In this document: in pieces, positions 29,157-38,182 of the stretch
Position numbering within the stretch: the first letter of the stretch is position 1
How the letters are laid out: every line of letters starts with the position of its first letter
From: a virus
IMG/VR virus record: IMGVR_UViG_3300001685_000001
Reading direction: 5' to 3' (one strand)
DNA length: 64,000 nucleotides
Position numbers and translations under genes: made by a program
Notes under the pieces: generated by a model
The model's database searches: none
Seen by the model: the letters and a program-made list of their open reading frames with translations, nothing else
What the model was told of the DNA's origin: nothing

Positions 29157-29211
29157 TATTTATTCCTCCGATTATTATCATAATTTATTTTTGTATAACT
29201 AGTTTTTAAAA

Positions 29212-29721
29212 TTAGTTTTGTACTACTTCTACAACCACATAAACAACAGGTGTTTGAGTTGTATTGATTGTAAGCATTCCACCAACAGCATCTTCACGTA
29301 CTACTTTAGCTGCAAAACCTTTAGCTGGTAATGTAGCAGAAGGGGCTAGTTTATGACCTGCGCCAGCTACTAAATATTCTCCAATTACTGCCGTACCGTT
29401 AATTCCTTCTTTAGATACACCGAACACAAATGTTGGACGTGGGTTGTATGAACGTACCACTTTACCAGCTTCCATGAAGTAATTAACTTCTAAACCTGAA
29501 CCTTGGCGACCATTATCATAGATAATTGCTGGATTAGCGATTAATACTAAGCTATCTTCTGCAACTGGTGTCTCCAATGCACGAACATCTGCGTTACCTT
29601 CTTCAATTTCACCTAACTTACCTACAAAACCATTTTCTAACTCCACTTCTGCACGTACTGAAAACGTATCTGCATTTGGGAAACGTGCATCATCTAAACG
29701 AACTACTGACTTATTTGCCAT
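29212..29721 (-). CDS. Head decoration/cement protein
   Basis: ELENG.VG motif; between scaffold and capsid. Confidence 0.65.
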   Translation of the reverse strand: MANKSVVRLDDARFPNADTFSVRAEVELENGFVGKLGEIEEGNADVRALETPVAEDSLVLIANPAIIYDNGRQGSGLEVNYFMEAGKVVRSYNPRPTFVFGVSKEGINGTAVIGEYLVAGAGHKLAPSATLPAKGFAAKVVREDAVGGMLTINTTQTPVVYVVVEVVQN

Positions 29722-29762
29722 TATTTATTCCTCCATTTTTCTTTTTAATTAAATAATTTTTA

Positions 29763-31019
29763 TTATTCAAAGATATTGCCATAAGGATTATATTCCTTAC
29801 TTTCTTCTTGTGAGAATTTTAATTTATTGTTTGGTGCTTCTTGCTTAGTTGTAATTGAGAAGTTTTTCTTGCCATACATAGCAAATAATTTATCCTCTAC
29901 ATCTTGAATTTCAGCATCTTTCATCGCTTCAAAGACTTGAGAGAACTCATCTTCTGTTATTTTGTCAGCAAATTTTTCTTTTACATCAGCTTCTTCACGT
30001 TGACGCTTATAAGATTTTAATTCGTCTAATTGTGTTTGAAGTTTTGTAAACTCACCTGATAAATCATTGTATTTAGCTTCGAAATCTTCTTTAACATCTT
30101 CTACAGCATCTTCTTTTTCAGTTTCCGTCTCAGTTTTATCAACTGTAACTTCCTCTTGCAAATCTTCCTCTGTAGTAGCATCTTTGACCTCGGCAGTCTC
30201 ATTCACTACAGTAGTAGCGGTATCTTCTGTAAACTCAGCAGTCTCATCAGCATTTGTAATTTCAATATTTTCTGCGGTGATTTTGACCCCATTTTCGTTA
30301 AGCTCTATCGAGCTATTAACATTCTCTTCTTTAATTATCTCTGTCATATCTTTACCTCCTTTATCAAGACTAAATTTCAATTCATCTATCATTTGATTAA
30401 ATTGAGCTGTAAAGTCCTCTTTATTTAATGAGTAAGTCGTAATACTAGCACTTTCAAAAGCTGGTTCTACATGACCTTCACCATTCTTATTAATGCCTAA
30501 AATACAAAAAGCGGAAAAATTAAAATCTTCAATTTTAAACGTTTCTACACCATCAATAACAGCATAATTTCCGTTTACAACATTTACTTCCATACTTTGA
30601 TTAAAAGTACTATCTAACAATGTCTGAAGCTCTTCGTATCTTCCAGTCCATAGATAAGCACCATCAACAACTAAATACTCATTTACAGTTCCATCACTTT
30701 CAGCGATGTCTTCCCAATAAACTTGAGCAGATTCAGGGATAACCCCATATGGCTTTGTGTGTTGAACGAATTTTACTTCGTCATTTTTCACTTCAACAGC
30801 CATTCCATGTCCACCAAAATTATCAGATTCTTCAAGGTATTCTCCAACAATCGGTATATTAAATATAGTGTGTATATTTCTCATTACATCTTCTTTATCA
30901 AAATAACTACCATTACGATTATGACCTTTATATAAAACTCTAATTTTTGCTTTTGAGAAGAGGGGATTAATCTTTTCTACGTTCTGTATAATTGAGTTAA
31001 AACGTAAATCCTTTTCCAT
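29763..31019 (-). CDS. Prohead protease/scaffold fusion
   Basis: N-terminal protease-like region (NRNGS...QSMEV...FSAFCILG) plus acidic coiled-coil C-half. Confidence 0.75.
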   Translation of the reverse strand: MEKDLRFNSIIQNVEKINPLFSKAKIRVLYKGHNRNGSYFDKEDVMRNIHTIFNIPIVGEYLEESDNFGGHGMAVEVKNDEVKFVQHTKPYGVIPESAQVYWEDIAESDGTVNEYLVVDGAYLWTGRYEELQTLLDSTFNQSMEVNVVNGNYAVIDGVETFKIEDFNFSAFCILGINKNGEGHVEPAFESASITTYSLNKEDFTAQFNQMIDELKFSLDKGGKDMTEIIKEENVNSSIELNENGVKITAENIEITNADETAEFTEDTATTVVNETAEVKDATTEEDLQEEVTVDKTETETEKEDAVEDVKEDFEAKYNDLSGEFTKLQTQLDELKSYKRQREEADVKEKFADKITEDEFSQVFEAMKDAEIQDVEDKLFAMYGKKNFSITTKQEAPNNKLKFSQEESKEYNPYGNIFE

Positions 31020-31054
31020 TTATAAATCTCACCCCCTTTAATGGATTAAATTAA

Positions 31055-32548
31055 CTATCCTTGTTTTTTACGATTGTCTGAATCTTTGTCTCTGCTAGTT
31101 TGACCACTATCGCTAATGGCATCATCAGACTTCTTAGGTCTTCCTGTAGAGGCTTCATCTCCTGTTTGGGTATGAGAAGTAGCCAATGGAATTAGAGCAT
31201 CCTGAAGCTTAAATATGTCATTTTCAAGAGCAACTTTATTCACAAAATCAACAGGTGTAATACCATAGGTAGCACCCAATTCAAATTTAACTGGCAACCC
31301 ATTTTGTGCTGCGGTTAAATAAGATTTTTGAACTTCATCACGATTGAAAACTGTTACATCTAGCATCTTAACTTTGAACTTATATTGTCCATTCATTTTC
31401 TTCAGCTTGCGATTAATCCATCTTTCAACCTGTCTTAACATAGAGAACAATATTTGCTCATCTGATAAGATTGATTTTGCTAAACCAATTGAAGTGTTTT
31501 TATCTGAGTTGAATATAAACTGAGAGACCCCAGCTTCATTAAATGCTTCACGATATGCATCATTAACATAGTCACTATCAGAGCGACTTTTTTCAGTTTT
31601 AATAGCTTCAATAGACATTGGCGATGTTATCATCTGTACACCATCTGGAAGGCTATCAGAAGCCATGTTGTGGAATGTCATAGCCAAATCCAAGTCAATA
31701 AGAAACTTGTTGATATCAGGATTTTTTTCGTCCATTGGAATTTTTTGAACCATTGCCATAAAGTTGTCGTTCTTAGCTCTAGCTTTTTTAATCTTCTTGT
31801 ACTCGTCTAGGTCAAAAATTGACTCAAACATAGAGGAGAAGGGAGGTAACTCATATTGGAAATCTAGATTTACTTTGAAACAAACAGTTTTATCAGAATC
31901 TAATTCAATCCAACTGTCTTTACCAGTTTTATAAATTGCGTATTTTATTCGAAACTCTTCGGGATAGTTTAATAAATCTTCCTTATGTGAGTCGAAGTGT
32001 GCAAAGTTAAATTGGAAGTTGTAAACTCCATCTTCCTCAGAAGAAATACGACAATTGTTTCCATCTAAGTGTTGAATGAAAAATGAATCCTTCGACTCAT
32101 GCTCATATCCAAAGAAAACATCTTCACGAAATGCTACTAACATTGCTTTTATCATTTCATGAGGTAAATTTAATTTATCTACAAATTGACCTGTTTTCAT
32201 AAATTGTTTTTTATATTTTGCAACGTCTAATTTATCTGGTATGTCTACAGGATTAATAACATAAGCGTAAGTTGGCATTAAAGCCATGTAGCGAATTATT
32301 AGTCGATATAAAGCAGACACATTGTAGAAGTAATTAGAAATGTTGCGCAATTGTTTCTCGAAAAGAACAGGATTTTGCATCCACTTAGAGAGCATAGAGA
32401 TGTCATATTTATAGATAGATGTTGATGTTTTTTTCTTTACATCGTATTTCATTCTATTAACAGCAGACTTATATGCTGACAATTTTCGTTCGTAATCTTC
32501 CTTTTCAGAAATGGGATTGCGAAGGTAGTATTTTTTTGTGTTGGTCAT
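31055..32548 (-). CDS. Portal protein
   Basis: 497 aa immediately after TerL; YonE-like. Confidence 0.85.
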   Translation of the reverse strand: MTNTKKYYLRNPISEKEDYERKLSAYKSAVNRMKYDVKKKTSTSIYKYDISMLSKWMQNPVLFEKQLRNISNYFYNVSALYRLIIRYMALMPTYAYVINPVDIPDKLDVAKYKKQFMKTGQFVDKLNLPHEMIKAMLVAFREDVFFGYEHESKDSFFIQHLDGNNCRISSEEDGVYNFQFNFAHFDSHKEDLLNYPEEFRIKYAIYKTGKDSWIELDSDKTVCFKVNLDFQYELPPFSSMFESIFDLDEYKKIKKARAKNDNFMAMVQKIPMDEKNPDINKFLIDLDLAMTFHNMASDSLPDGVQMITSPMSIEAIKTEKSRSDSDYVNDAYREAFNEAGVSQFIFNSDKNTSIGLAKSILSDEQILFSMLRQVERWINRKLKKMNGQYKFKVKMLDVTVFNRDEVQKSYLTAAQNGLPVKFELGATYGITPVDFVNKVALENDIFKLQDALIPLATSHTQTGDEASTGRPKKSDDAISDSGQTSRDKDSDNRKKQG

Positions 32549-32590
32549 ATATAGGAATTCCTCCTTTCTTTTTTTAATGTCAATAGATAG

Positions 32591-34399
32591 TTAATAATCA
32601 TAGTTATTTCTTGCTTTCTTAATCATCATCAGCTTAGAAGGGTCTATGTCTTGTCTGCGCTTACGATTCTTAATTCCTAGTTCGTTAGCTAGTAGAGAAA
32701 GGTAACTGATACTTGAGTATCTATCCTTACGTGCCTTACCAATTTCTTTAAGCTTAATCAAGCCAGTATCTGTGATTTCTGATTCCAAGTTTAAAACTTC
32801 ATTAATCATTAGTGATGTTTGAATATACGGTAAGCGGAATTTAACTTTTAACTCTTCAGGTAATTTATCGTATCCTTTTATAGTCTTTAAGAAATCTTCT
32901 GCTTCGTTTTCTGGAATAGGCAATTTAATTTTTCCTTGTCTTAGTGAGTCTCTAAACACCGAAGCAATCTCAGAGTTTAATTGGGCTGATGCTCTAACTG
33001 AATAAACTACTTTGGGAGCATTTGGATAAACACATCTTTTTGCCAGCTCTTCATTGTTCATACAAGAAAGAGGCTCATATTCAATTCCTCTAGTGGTGTC
33101 AATTTGAGTTAGTGTTAGTGCATCAAATATACCAATACCTGCGTTAAACGTATCTAGTACAATGTAATCTGCATTAAAGTCAGCATATAGCTGTCGAATG
33201 CGCATTGCTTGGTGGGCTGTATGTCCACCTTCAATAGATTCAATATACACAATTTGTGTTTCGTATCCACTATCAGAAGGGATTAACCTAGCTAATGTAT
33301 ATGCGGAAGCATCATTTTGTGCGCCAGCCATTGTTGCAATATCGGCTGAAACAATTCTTAATTCTCCAGCTACTTTTTTCGGATAGCCTATGTTTTTGTC
33401 ATTGACTAATTCGGCAACCTCTTGTGGATAAAATACTTTACCAACCTTTCTATTCTTCTGTAAATCATCGAAGGAGAAGAAGGCTTTATCAGATATTCCG
33501 TAGAATAAAGATTCCATTTCTATCATCCATGAAACGGGGTCGAAAGATTTTTCGGACATCTCATCTTTTACTTGGTCTTCCATTAGTAAGCCTTCTTTTA
33601 TAGCTATCTGATAGGGAAGAGAGCAAACAAAATAAGATTTTCCGTCTGTCATTGATTCTGTATAGGTAGTAACCTTTTCCCAAGAGTGATGGGACTTGTA
33701 CCATGCGGAACTTAAATAAATCTCTTTGTTACGTTCTTTTAAATCTTCTCTATCTTTATATTCTGGTTTGTTTAAAAACTTAGGCTGTCTTGGAGCTGTT
33801 TGGAATTTACGAAGAACCGAGTTAATTACATTTAAATCAACCATACGGAACTCATCAACAATCAATAGATTACTACGTTTTCCACGAGCACCATCATTTG
33901 AAGCAACAGTTTTTATCCAACTGCCATTGTGAAAATCAACCTTTGCATCGTTGACGCTAGTTTTTAAATCTTCAATTTCTCTTTGCAGGTTGGGACTGTT
34001 CTTTCTTAATTCTTCAATCTTTTCTATTACTTCTCTGGACTGAGACTTTAATCCAGCAGCAACAATAATCTTTGTTTCTGGATAGAGTATCGAGCGAGTT
34101 ATACAGAAAATAGCAGTAAGCCAAGTCTTTCCTTGACCACGACTCGCAATATATACGAAGAAGTAATTATGCATCATAGCATATAAAAGGATTTGCTGAA
34201 AAAGCTTTAAGTCAATTCCTAAATAATCTTTTACAAATCTATGTGGATTTGCACGATAAAAAGATGTCCAGATGTCAACTCCATCTAAAAGTCTCTCAGA
34301 TTTTGTTTGACCCTTTCTAATCTTTTTGCCTTTTTCAAAAACATTTGTACCTTTTGATTTCTTATTTCTATTAACTTGAAAATTAGCAAAAGAGGCTAT
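32591..34399 (-). CDS. terL: Terminase large subunit, probably initiating at ATA (602 aa)
   Basis: Walker A SRGQGKT, Walker B LIVDE, nuclease SADIA...KDRYSS. Frame open 74 codons upstream of the track ATG, to ATA at 34399. Confidence 0.9.
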   Translation of the reverse strand: MASFANFQVNRNKKSKGTNVFEKGKKIRKGQTKSERLLDGVDIWTSFYRANPHRFVKDYLGIDLKLFQQILLYAMMHNYFFVYIASRGQGKTWLTAIFCITRSILYPETKIIVAAGLKSQSREVIEKIEELRKNSPNLQREIEDLKTSVNDAKVDFHNGSWIKTVASNDGARGKRSNLLIVDEFRMVDLNVINSVLRKFQTAPRQPKFLNKPEYKDREDLKERNKEIYLSSAWYKSHHSWEKVTTYTESMTDGKSYFVCSLPYQIAIKEGLLMEDQVKDEMSEKSFDPVSWMIEMESLFYGISDKAFFSFDDLQKNRKVGKVFYPQEVAELVNDKNIGYPKKVAGELRIVSADIATMAGAQNDASAYTLARLIPSDSGYETQIVYIESIEGGHTAHQAMRIRQLYADFNADYIVLDTFNAGIGIFDALTLTQIDTTRGIEYEPLSCMNNEELAKRCVYPNAPKVVYSVRASAQLNSEIASVFRDSLRQGKIKLPIPENEAEDFLKTIKGYDKLPEELKVKFRLPYIQTSLMINEVLNLESEITDTGLIKLKEIGKARKDRYSSISYLSLLANELGIKNRKRRQDIDPSKLMMIKKARNNYDY

Positions 34400-34400
34400 T

Positions 34401-35285
34401 TTAATTCACATCCTCTTCAGGAACATCATCAGTTTCATTTACGTCTTTGTTGACTGTATACTGACTGATTACCTCGTCATATTCATCTTGGAATTTATTT
34501 TCTTTTCCAAGCATTCTAGCCATGTGACCCAAGAAGAAGGTTCTGAGATATTTTCCTATTCCATCTACATCTGCCCAAGTAGGGTCAGGCTCTGATATAG
34601 GTCTTTCATTTTCAATTCTTCTGATGAAAGTGCCGTATGTCTCTTGGTCAATTGAATCAGCGCCAGTCTCTTGAACAGGCTTTAGGTTAGCAGCAGTTAG
34701 CAAGTCGTTGTAAGCCTTAAGCTCATTTTTAACATCTTTTTTCTGTGCTCTGTTGTTTCTTATGTCTAGTTGAACCAAACAAATTTCACGAATTAGGTTT
34801 TCAAGAGTTTTTGAATCCACTTCATATCTATCAAGAAAATCTACATATTCTGAATTCAAATAGATATATTCAGTTTCTTCTAATCCTCTACCCCAGAAAT
34901 CTTCAGCCTCTGCCATTTCAATTTCTGATAACTCTGTTGGCTTAGAGCGTTTGAAGACCTCTAAAGCCTTTGGTTCATTAAACATTGTAGAGTCGTTGTA
35001 AGTAAGTGTTCTATATTGTGGAAGGCTATTAACGTTCTTTATGTATGCATAATAGTCACCCTTAAACAAGTCTTGTAGTATAGGTTTATTAATTAGTCTC
35101 ATCAGTGTTTGGAATCCTTCAAAACCTTTTTCATCGATAATCTCTGCACAGCATGTTTTACATATAGGAATTTTTTTATCACTAAAGAAGTCTACGTCAG
35201 CACTGTTATAAAAGTTATCTGTAACTTGTGGTGGCTTAGGACATCTTAAGCATTTCTTTTTTACTGTTTGTTTTTTCGTTATCAT
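34401..35285 (-). CDS. Terminase small subunit candidate with Cys4 zinc finger (YonG-like)
   Basis: Directly upstream of TerL; CLRC...ICKTC; start after RBS AAAGGAG. Confidence 0.65.
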   Translation of the reverse strand: MITKKQTVKKKCLRCPKPPQVTDNFYNSADVDFFSDKKIPICKTCCAEIIDEKGFEGFQTLMRLINKPILQDLFKGDYYAYIKNVNSLPQYRTLTYNDSTMFNEPKALEVFKRSKPTELSEIEMAEAEDFWGRGLEETEYIYLNSEYVDFLDRYEVDSKTLENLIREICLVQLDIRNNRAQKKDVKNELKAYNDLLTAANLKPVQETGADSIDQETYGTFIRRIENERPISEPDPTWADVDGIGKYLRTFFLGHMARMLGKENKFQDEYDEVISQYTVNKDVNETDDVPEEDVN

Positions 35286-35592
35286 TTTCATTTCTCCTTT
35301 CATTTCTATGAATACGAAAAGAGCCGCAAGCGGATTATTAGTCCACTTGCAGCTCAATATTTAGCTCTTTTAATCGAAAGCTCTCCGCAGAAAGCTCTCT
35401 ATAAAAGACTAATTTAATCTCTGTCTTTAATTTTCTTGTCTTGTTTGTAAATTAATTTTTCGATTTTATCTTTATAAATTTCACTTTTAATTAGCCATAT
35501 TACGTAAATCCTGAGTTTAATGTCTAAGTAAGATGCATAAAGACTTTTTATTTTTTTAATTTTAAACACCTCTTAATGTCATTAACTAGTTT

Positions 35593-36780
35593 TTAAGTAA
35601 ATTTTATATAGAACGTTGCTTTTCTACCGTTTTCATCTAGCCATAAAAGTTTTTGATGTGCTTTAGATGTTAGCCGAGCGTCCTTAGCGTAATCATCAGT
35701 GCCACCAAATGAGCCGTTCATGATTAAATCAACATTGTGAATTTCGTTTTCATAGTTCTTGTGGTAATGTCCAATAAAAACAGCAGTAGGGAAGCGTTTA
35801 GTCATCATTGTTAAGTCTTGTACAACCTTACCTAAGCCATCTAAATGACCATGTACAGCAAAGTAATCACGACCAAGAATATTAGCTACTATCATCTCAC
35901 TGTCAATATCATTATTATAGAAAATAACATTTTCATGTTTCTCTAGTCTCATTGCCATGTACCAAACAATAAAACTGTGGAAGCTTTCAGTTTTCACTTC
36001 TTCTTCTTTTCTTGCAGCTACTCTATCGTGATTTCCTTTTACATTGTAGTAGTGAACTTTTTCAAATGTGTTGGCTAATACTGATACCAATTCAGATAAC
36101 GCTTCGGCAACTTTTTGAGTTGACTTAACTGCATCTTCAGTTTCAGTTAGCTTGGTCATGCGATGAATAACACCACTGATTGCATCTCCAAGCTCAAATA
36201 CATGAATCTCTTTTGTATTTGTTACTTTTTGATATTCTAATACTTCTAGTGTTAGTTGGCTTAATCTCTCATAGAATACATCATTATTATATTTGTTCCA
36301 GTGGTTATCAGTTACCATACCCATGTGCAAATCACTTAGTAATAGTGTTAAAACACCTTTGGAATCTTCTCTTAGAATTGGTTTAATCCATTCAAGAGGT
36401 TTCTTAGTATTCATGTCTTCCTTTATAGAAGCAAGCATTTCTTGTAGTAAATGGTCTAATCTACCTTCATGGCGAAGATATGATTTATATTCACGCTTCT
36501 GGTCTTGCATTTGTATTTTAGCTATTTCTAATTTCTTGCGTTCTTCTTTTAGCTCTAGTAATATTTCATCTGTTTCTGCTTGGTTTTCACTAGCATATTC
36601 TAATCCGTCTGCAAAGTTTTGGAACCATTTGCGGTATGCAGATTCACCAAAGTTTTGACCTGTTTCTTCATTAATAAGCTCTGCAACTTGAATCCAAGTG
36701 AGATTCAGTAGAGCCTTATTGGAACAAATTCTAATCTTATAATCCGTTAGCGACTCATCTGAAAGACGTTTTGTATTCAT
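35593..36780 (-). CDS. Calcineurin-like metallophosphoesterase with N-terminal HTH/coiled coil (YonJ-like)
   Basis: SDLH, GDAISG, GNHD, HGH and GHYH motifs. Confidence 0.85.
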   Translation of the reverse strand: MNTKRLSDESLTDYKIRICSNKALLNLTWIQVAELINEETGQNFGESAYRKWFQNFADGLEYASENQAETDEILLELKEERKKLEIAKIQMQDQKREYKSYLRHEGRLDHLLQEMLASIKEDMNTKKPLEWIKPILREDSKGVLTLLLSDLHMGMVTDNHWNKYNNDVFYERLSQLTLEVLEYQKVTNTKEIHVFELGDAISGVIHRMTKLTETEDAVKSTQKVAEALSELVSVLANTFEKVHYYNVKGNHDRVAARKEEEVKTESFHSFIVWYMAMRLEKHENVIFYNNDIDSEMIVANILGRDYFAVHGHLDGLGKVVQDLTMMTKRFPTAVFIGHYHKNYENEIHNVDLIMNGSFGGTDDYAKDARLTSKAHQKLLWLDENGRKATFYIKFT

Positions 36781-36784
36781 ATAA

Positions 36785-37012
36785 TCAATCCTCAAACTCT
36801 TCATCTACAGGAACTTCTAACGGGAGTGGTTCTAATTCAGATGCTTCATTAATGGTAAAGTTAACTAGTTTATCTTCACCTTCAAATTGCTTAAAGGTAT
36901 CAGATAAAACGTATGTTCCAACCAATTCGCCTTTTTTATATTCTCTTATTAAGTTTTCTTCCCATGAGATTTGACAGTCTTTAAATGCGTAATTCAATGT
37001 TTGTTTTGCCAT
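36785..37012 (-). CDS. YonK-like small protein
   Basis: Size, synteny and resemblance to SPbeta YonK (recalled). Confidence 0.6.
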   Translation of the reverse strand: MAKQTLNYAFKDCQISWEENLIREYKKGELVGTYVLSDTFKQFEGEDKLVNFTINEASELEPLPLEVPVDEEFED

Positions 37013-37088
37013 TCTTTTATCTTCTCCTTTTATTCAACGTTAATGTTGCCATTAACTAATTTTAATAAAACCTTACTTTTATGTATAT

Positions 37089-37182
37089 GAGAGTCCTAAA
37101 AAGAACTCTCTAAGCACTAACAAGGGGAGGTGCTATGCTTATGACCTTTGAGAAGGAAGGTGGAGATAACTCCATAGTATTA
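37089..37182 (-). ncRNA. Candidate C-rich (anti-Shine-Dalgarno-like) small RNA in the tRNA trailer, ending in a hairpin
   Basis: CTCCACCTTCCTTCTC and loop CACCTCCCCTT, then GAGAGTTC-N6-GGACTCTC. Confidence 0.4.
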
Positions 37183-37258
37183 TGGTGACTCAGGAAAGAC
37201 TTGAACTTCCGACACCCTGAGCTTCAATCAGGTGCTCTACCAACTGAGCTACTAAGTC
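37183..37258 (-). tRNA. tRNA-Phe(GAA), unusual G37 C38
   Basis: 76-nt cloverleaf, CCTGA-TTGAAGC-TCAGG, encoded CCA. Confidence 0.92.
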
Positions 37259-37262
37259 ATTT

Positions 37263-37345
37263 TGGTCAGGAATGTTAATTTCGAGTTAACGACCCCCAGC
37301 TTCTGATTTGTTATGCTGGTGCTCTGCCATCTGAGCTAATTCCTG
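37263..37345 (-). tRNA. tRNA-Pro-bodied tRNA-like RNA with a 14-nt anticodon loop
   Basis: Acceptor CAGGAAT/ATTCCTG, A73 and CCA are identical to the tRNA-Pro; stem CCAGC/GCTGG encloses ATAACAAATCAGAA. Confidence 0.8.
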
Positions 37346-37349
37346 TTGT

Positions 37350-37434
37350 TGGCACGAGTTGAAGGAGTTTAACCTCTTGAAAACGGGTTTGGAATCCGTC
37401 AGCATGTACACACGCTTTTAATTCTCTAACTCGC
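37350..37434 (-). tRNA. Degenerate tRNA-Trp(CCA)-like gene
   Basis: ACGGA-TTCCAAA-CCCGT, G73, CCA; ~9-nt insertion before the D arm; T loop TTAAACT. Confidence 0.6.
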
Positions 37435-37439
37435 ATAAT

Positions 37440-37513
37440 TGATACCCCATAGGAGTTTCGAACTCCTGATTTCGCATAGAAAGTGCGATGTCTTACCACT
37501 TGACCAATGGGGC
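37440..37513 (-). tRNA. tRNA-Glu(TTC), unusual T37 A38; 3' end reads ATCA (no encoded CCA)
   Basis: TCGCA-CTTTCTA-TGCGA; T arm AGGAG-TTCGAAA-CTCCT. Confidence 0.88.
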
Positions 37514-37516
37514 ATA

Positions 37517-37593
37517 TGGTCAGGAATGTTGAACTCGAATCAACGACCCCTAGCATCCAAAGCTAGTGCTCTACCAAACTGAGCTAATTCCTG
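37517..37593 (-). tRNA. tRNA-Pro(TGG), unusual A37
   Basis: C1-G72, A73, CTAGC-TTTGGAT-GCTAG, CCA. Confidence 0.92.
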
Positions 37594-37601
37594 TAATAAA
37601 T

Positions 37602-38129
37602 TTATGAAGAATATCTCCATTTAAATCCACCTGCTGTCTTTCGGGTGTCGCCTCTCCAGTCAATACCTCTTACAGCATATAAGATAGTGCTAGGAGATTT
37701 TATATTATTCTTTTTTGATGCTTCAGCCATAGATGGATAGGAAGACATATAGTTGCCATCTAAATCCAATTTATCTACGCTTCTTTGGTTCGATTTTTTA
37801 CCAAGTAAGCCATTCTCTTTTTGATGTTTTAAGTTTTCTGCCTGTGTAATAGCCTCTAAATTACTTATCTTGTTATTTAGTTTATTTCCATCAATATGAT
37901 TTATTTGCATTCCAATACACTTGCTTCCAAAATAAATCACACCTAAAACTTGATGCACTTGTAAGAGTTTCTTTTTAACTTTCACTCGTAAGTATCCAGT
38001 TGAACTACAAATAGTACCATTTGTTCCTTTTGGAGTAGTGATAATACCTTCAATAATGTCATAATTGATATTTTCAAGGTTACTACTTATAAAATTGTAC
38101 ATATCAATAGACATTCCAGCATTACTCAT
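37602..38129 (-). CDS. Free-standing HNH homing endonuclease (HNH_3 + NUMOD1-like)
   Basis: VHQVLG...INHIDGNKLNNKISNLE; C-terminal DLDGN...YPSMAEASK. Confidence 0.85.
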   Translation of the reverse strand: MSNAGMSIDMYNFISSNLENINYDIIEGIITTPKGTNGTICSSTGYLRVKVKKKLLQVHQVLGVIYFGSKCIGMQINHIDGNKLNNKISNLEAITQAENLKHQKENGLLGKKSNQRSVDKLDLDGNYMSSYPSMAEASKKNNIKSPSTILYAVRGIDWRGDTRKTAGGFKWRYSS

Positions 38130-38182
38130 AATTCCATCTCCTGTTATGTGTCAATAAATAGTTTTTAATAGAATATAAAGTG

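Noticed and set aside
483-36974. Numerous + strand ORFs in the late region (e.g. 3328-3924, 30067-30396, 36293-36658)
   Set aside because: Antisense shadows of well-supported minus-strand genes, without RBS or motifs
37135-37188. + strand 17-aa ORF with strong SD as a type I toxin
   Set aside because: MLMTFEKEGGDNSIVLW has no transmembrane stretch and overlaps the tRNA-Phe end; better explained as the complement of a C-rich RNA
37311-37556. 81-aa ORF in the track
   Set aside because: Lies entirely over tRNA genes and has no RBS
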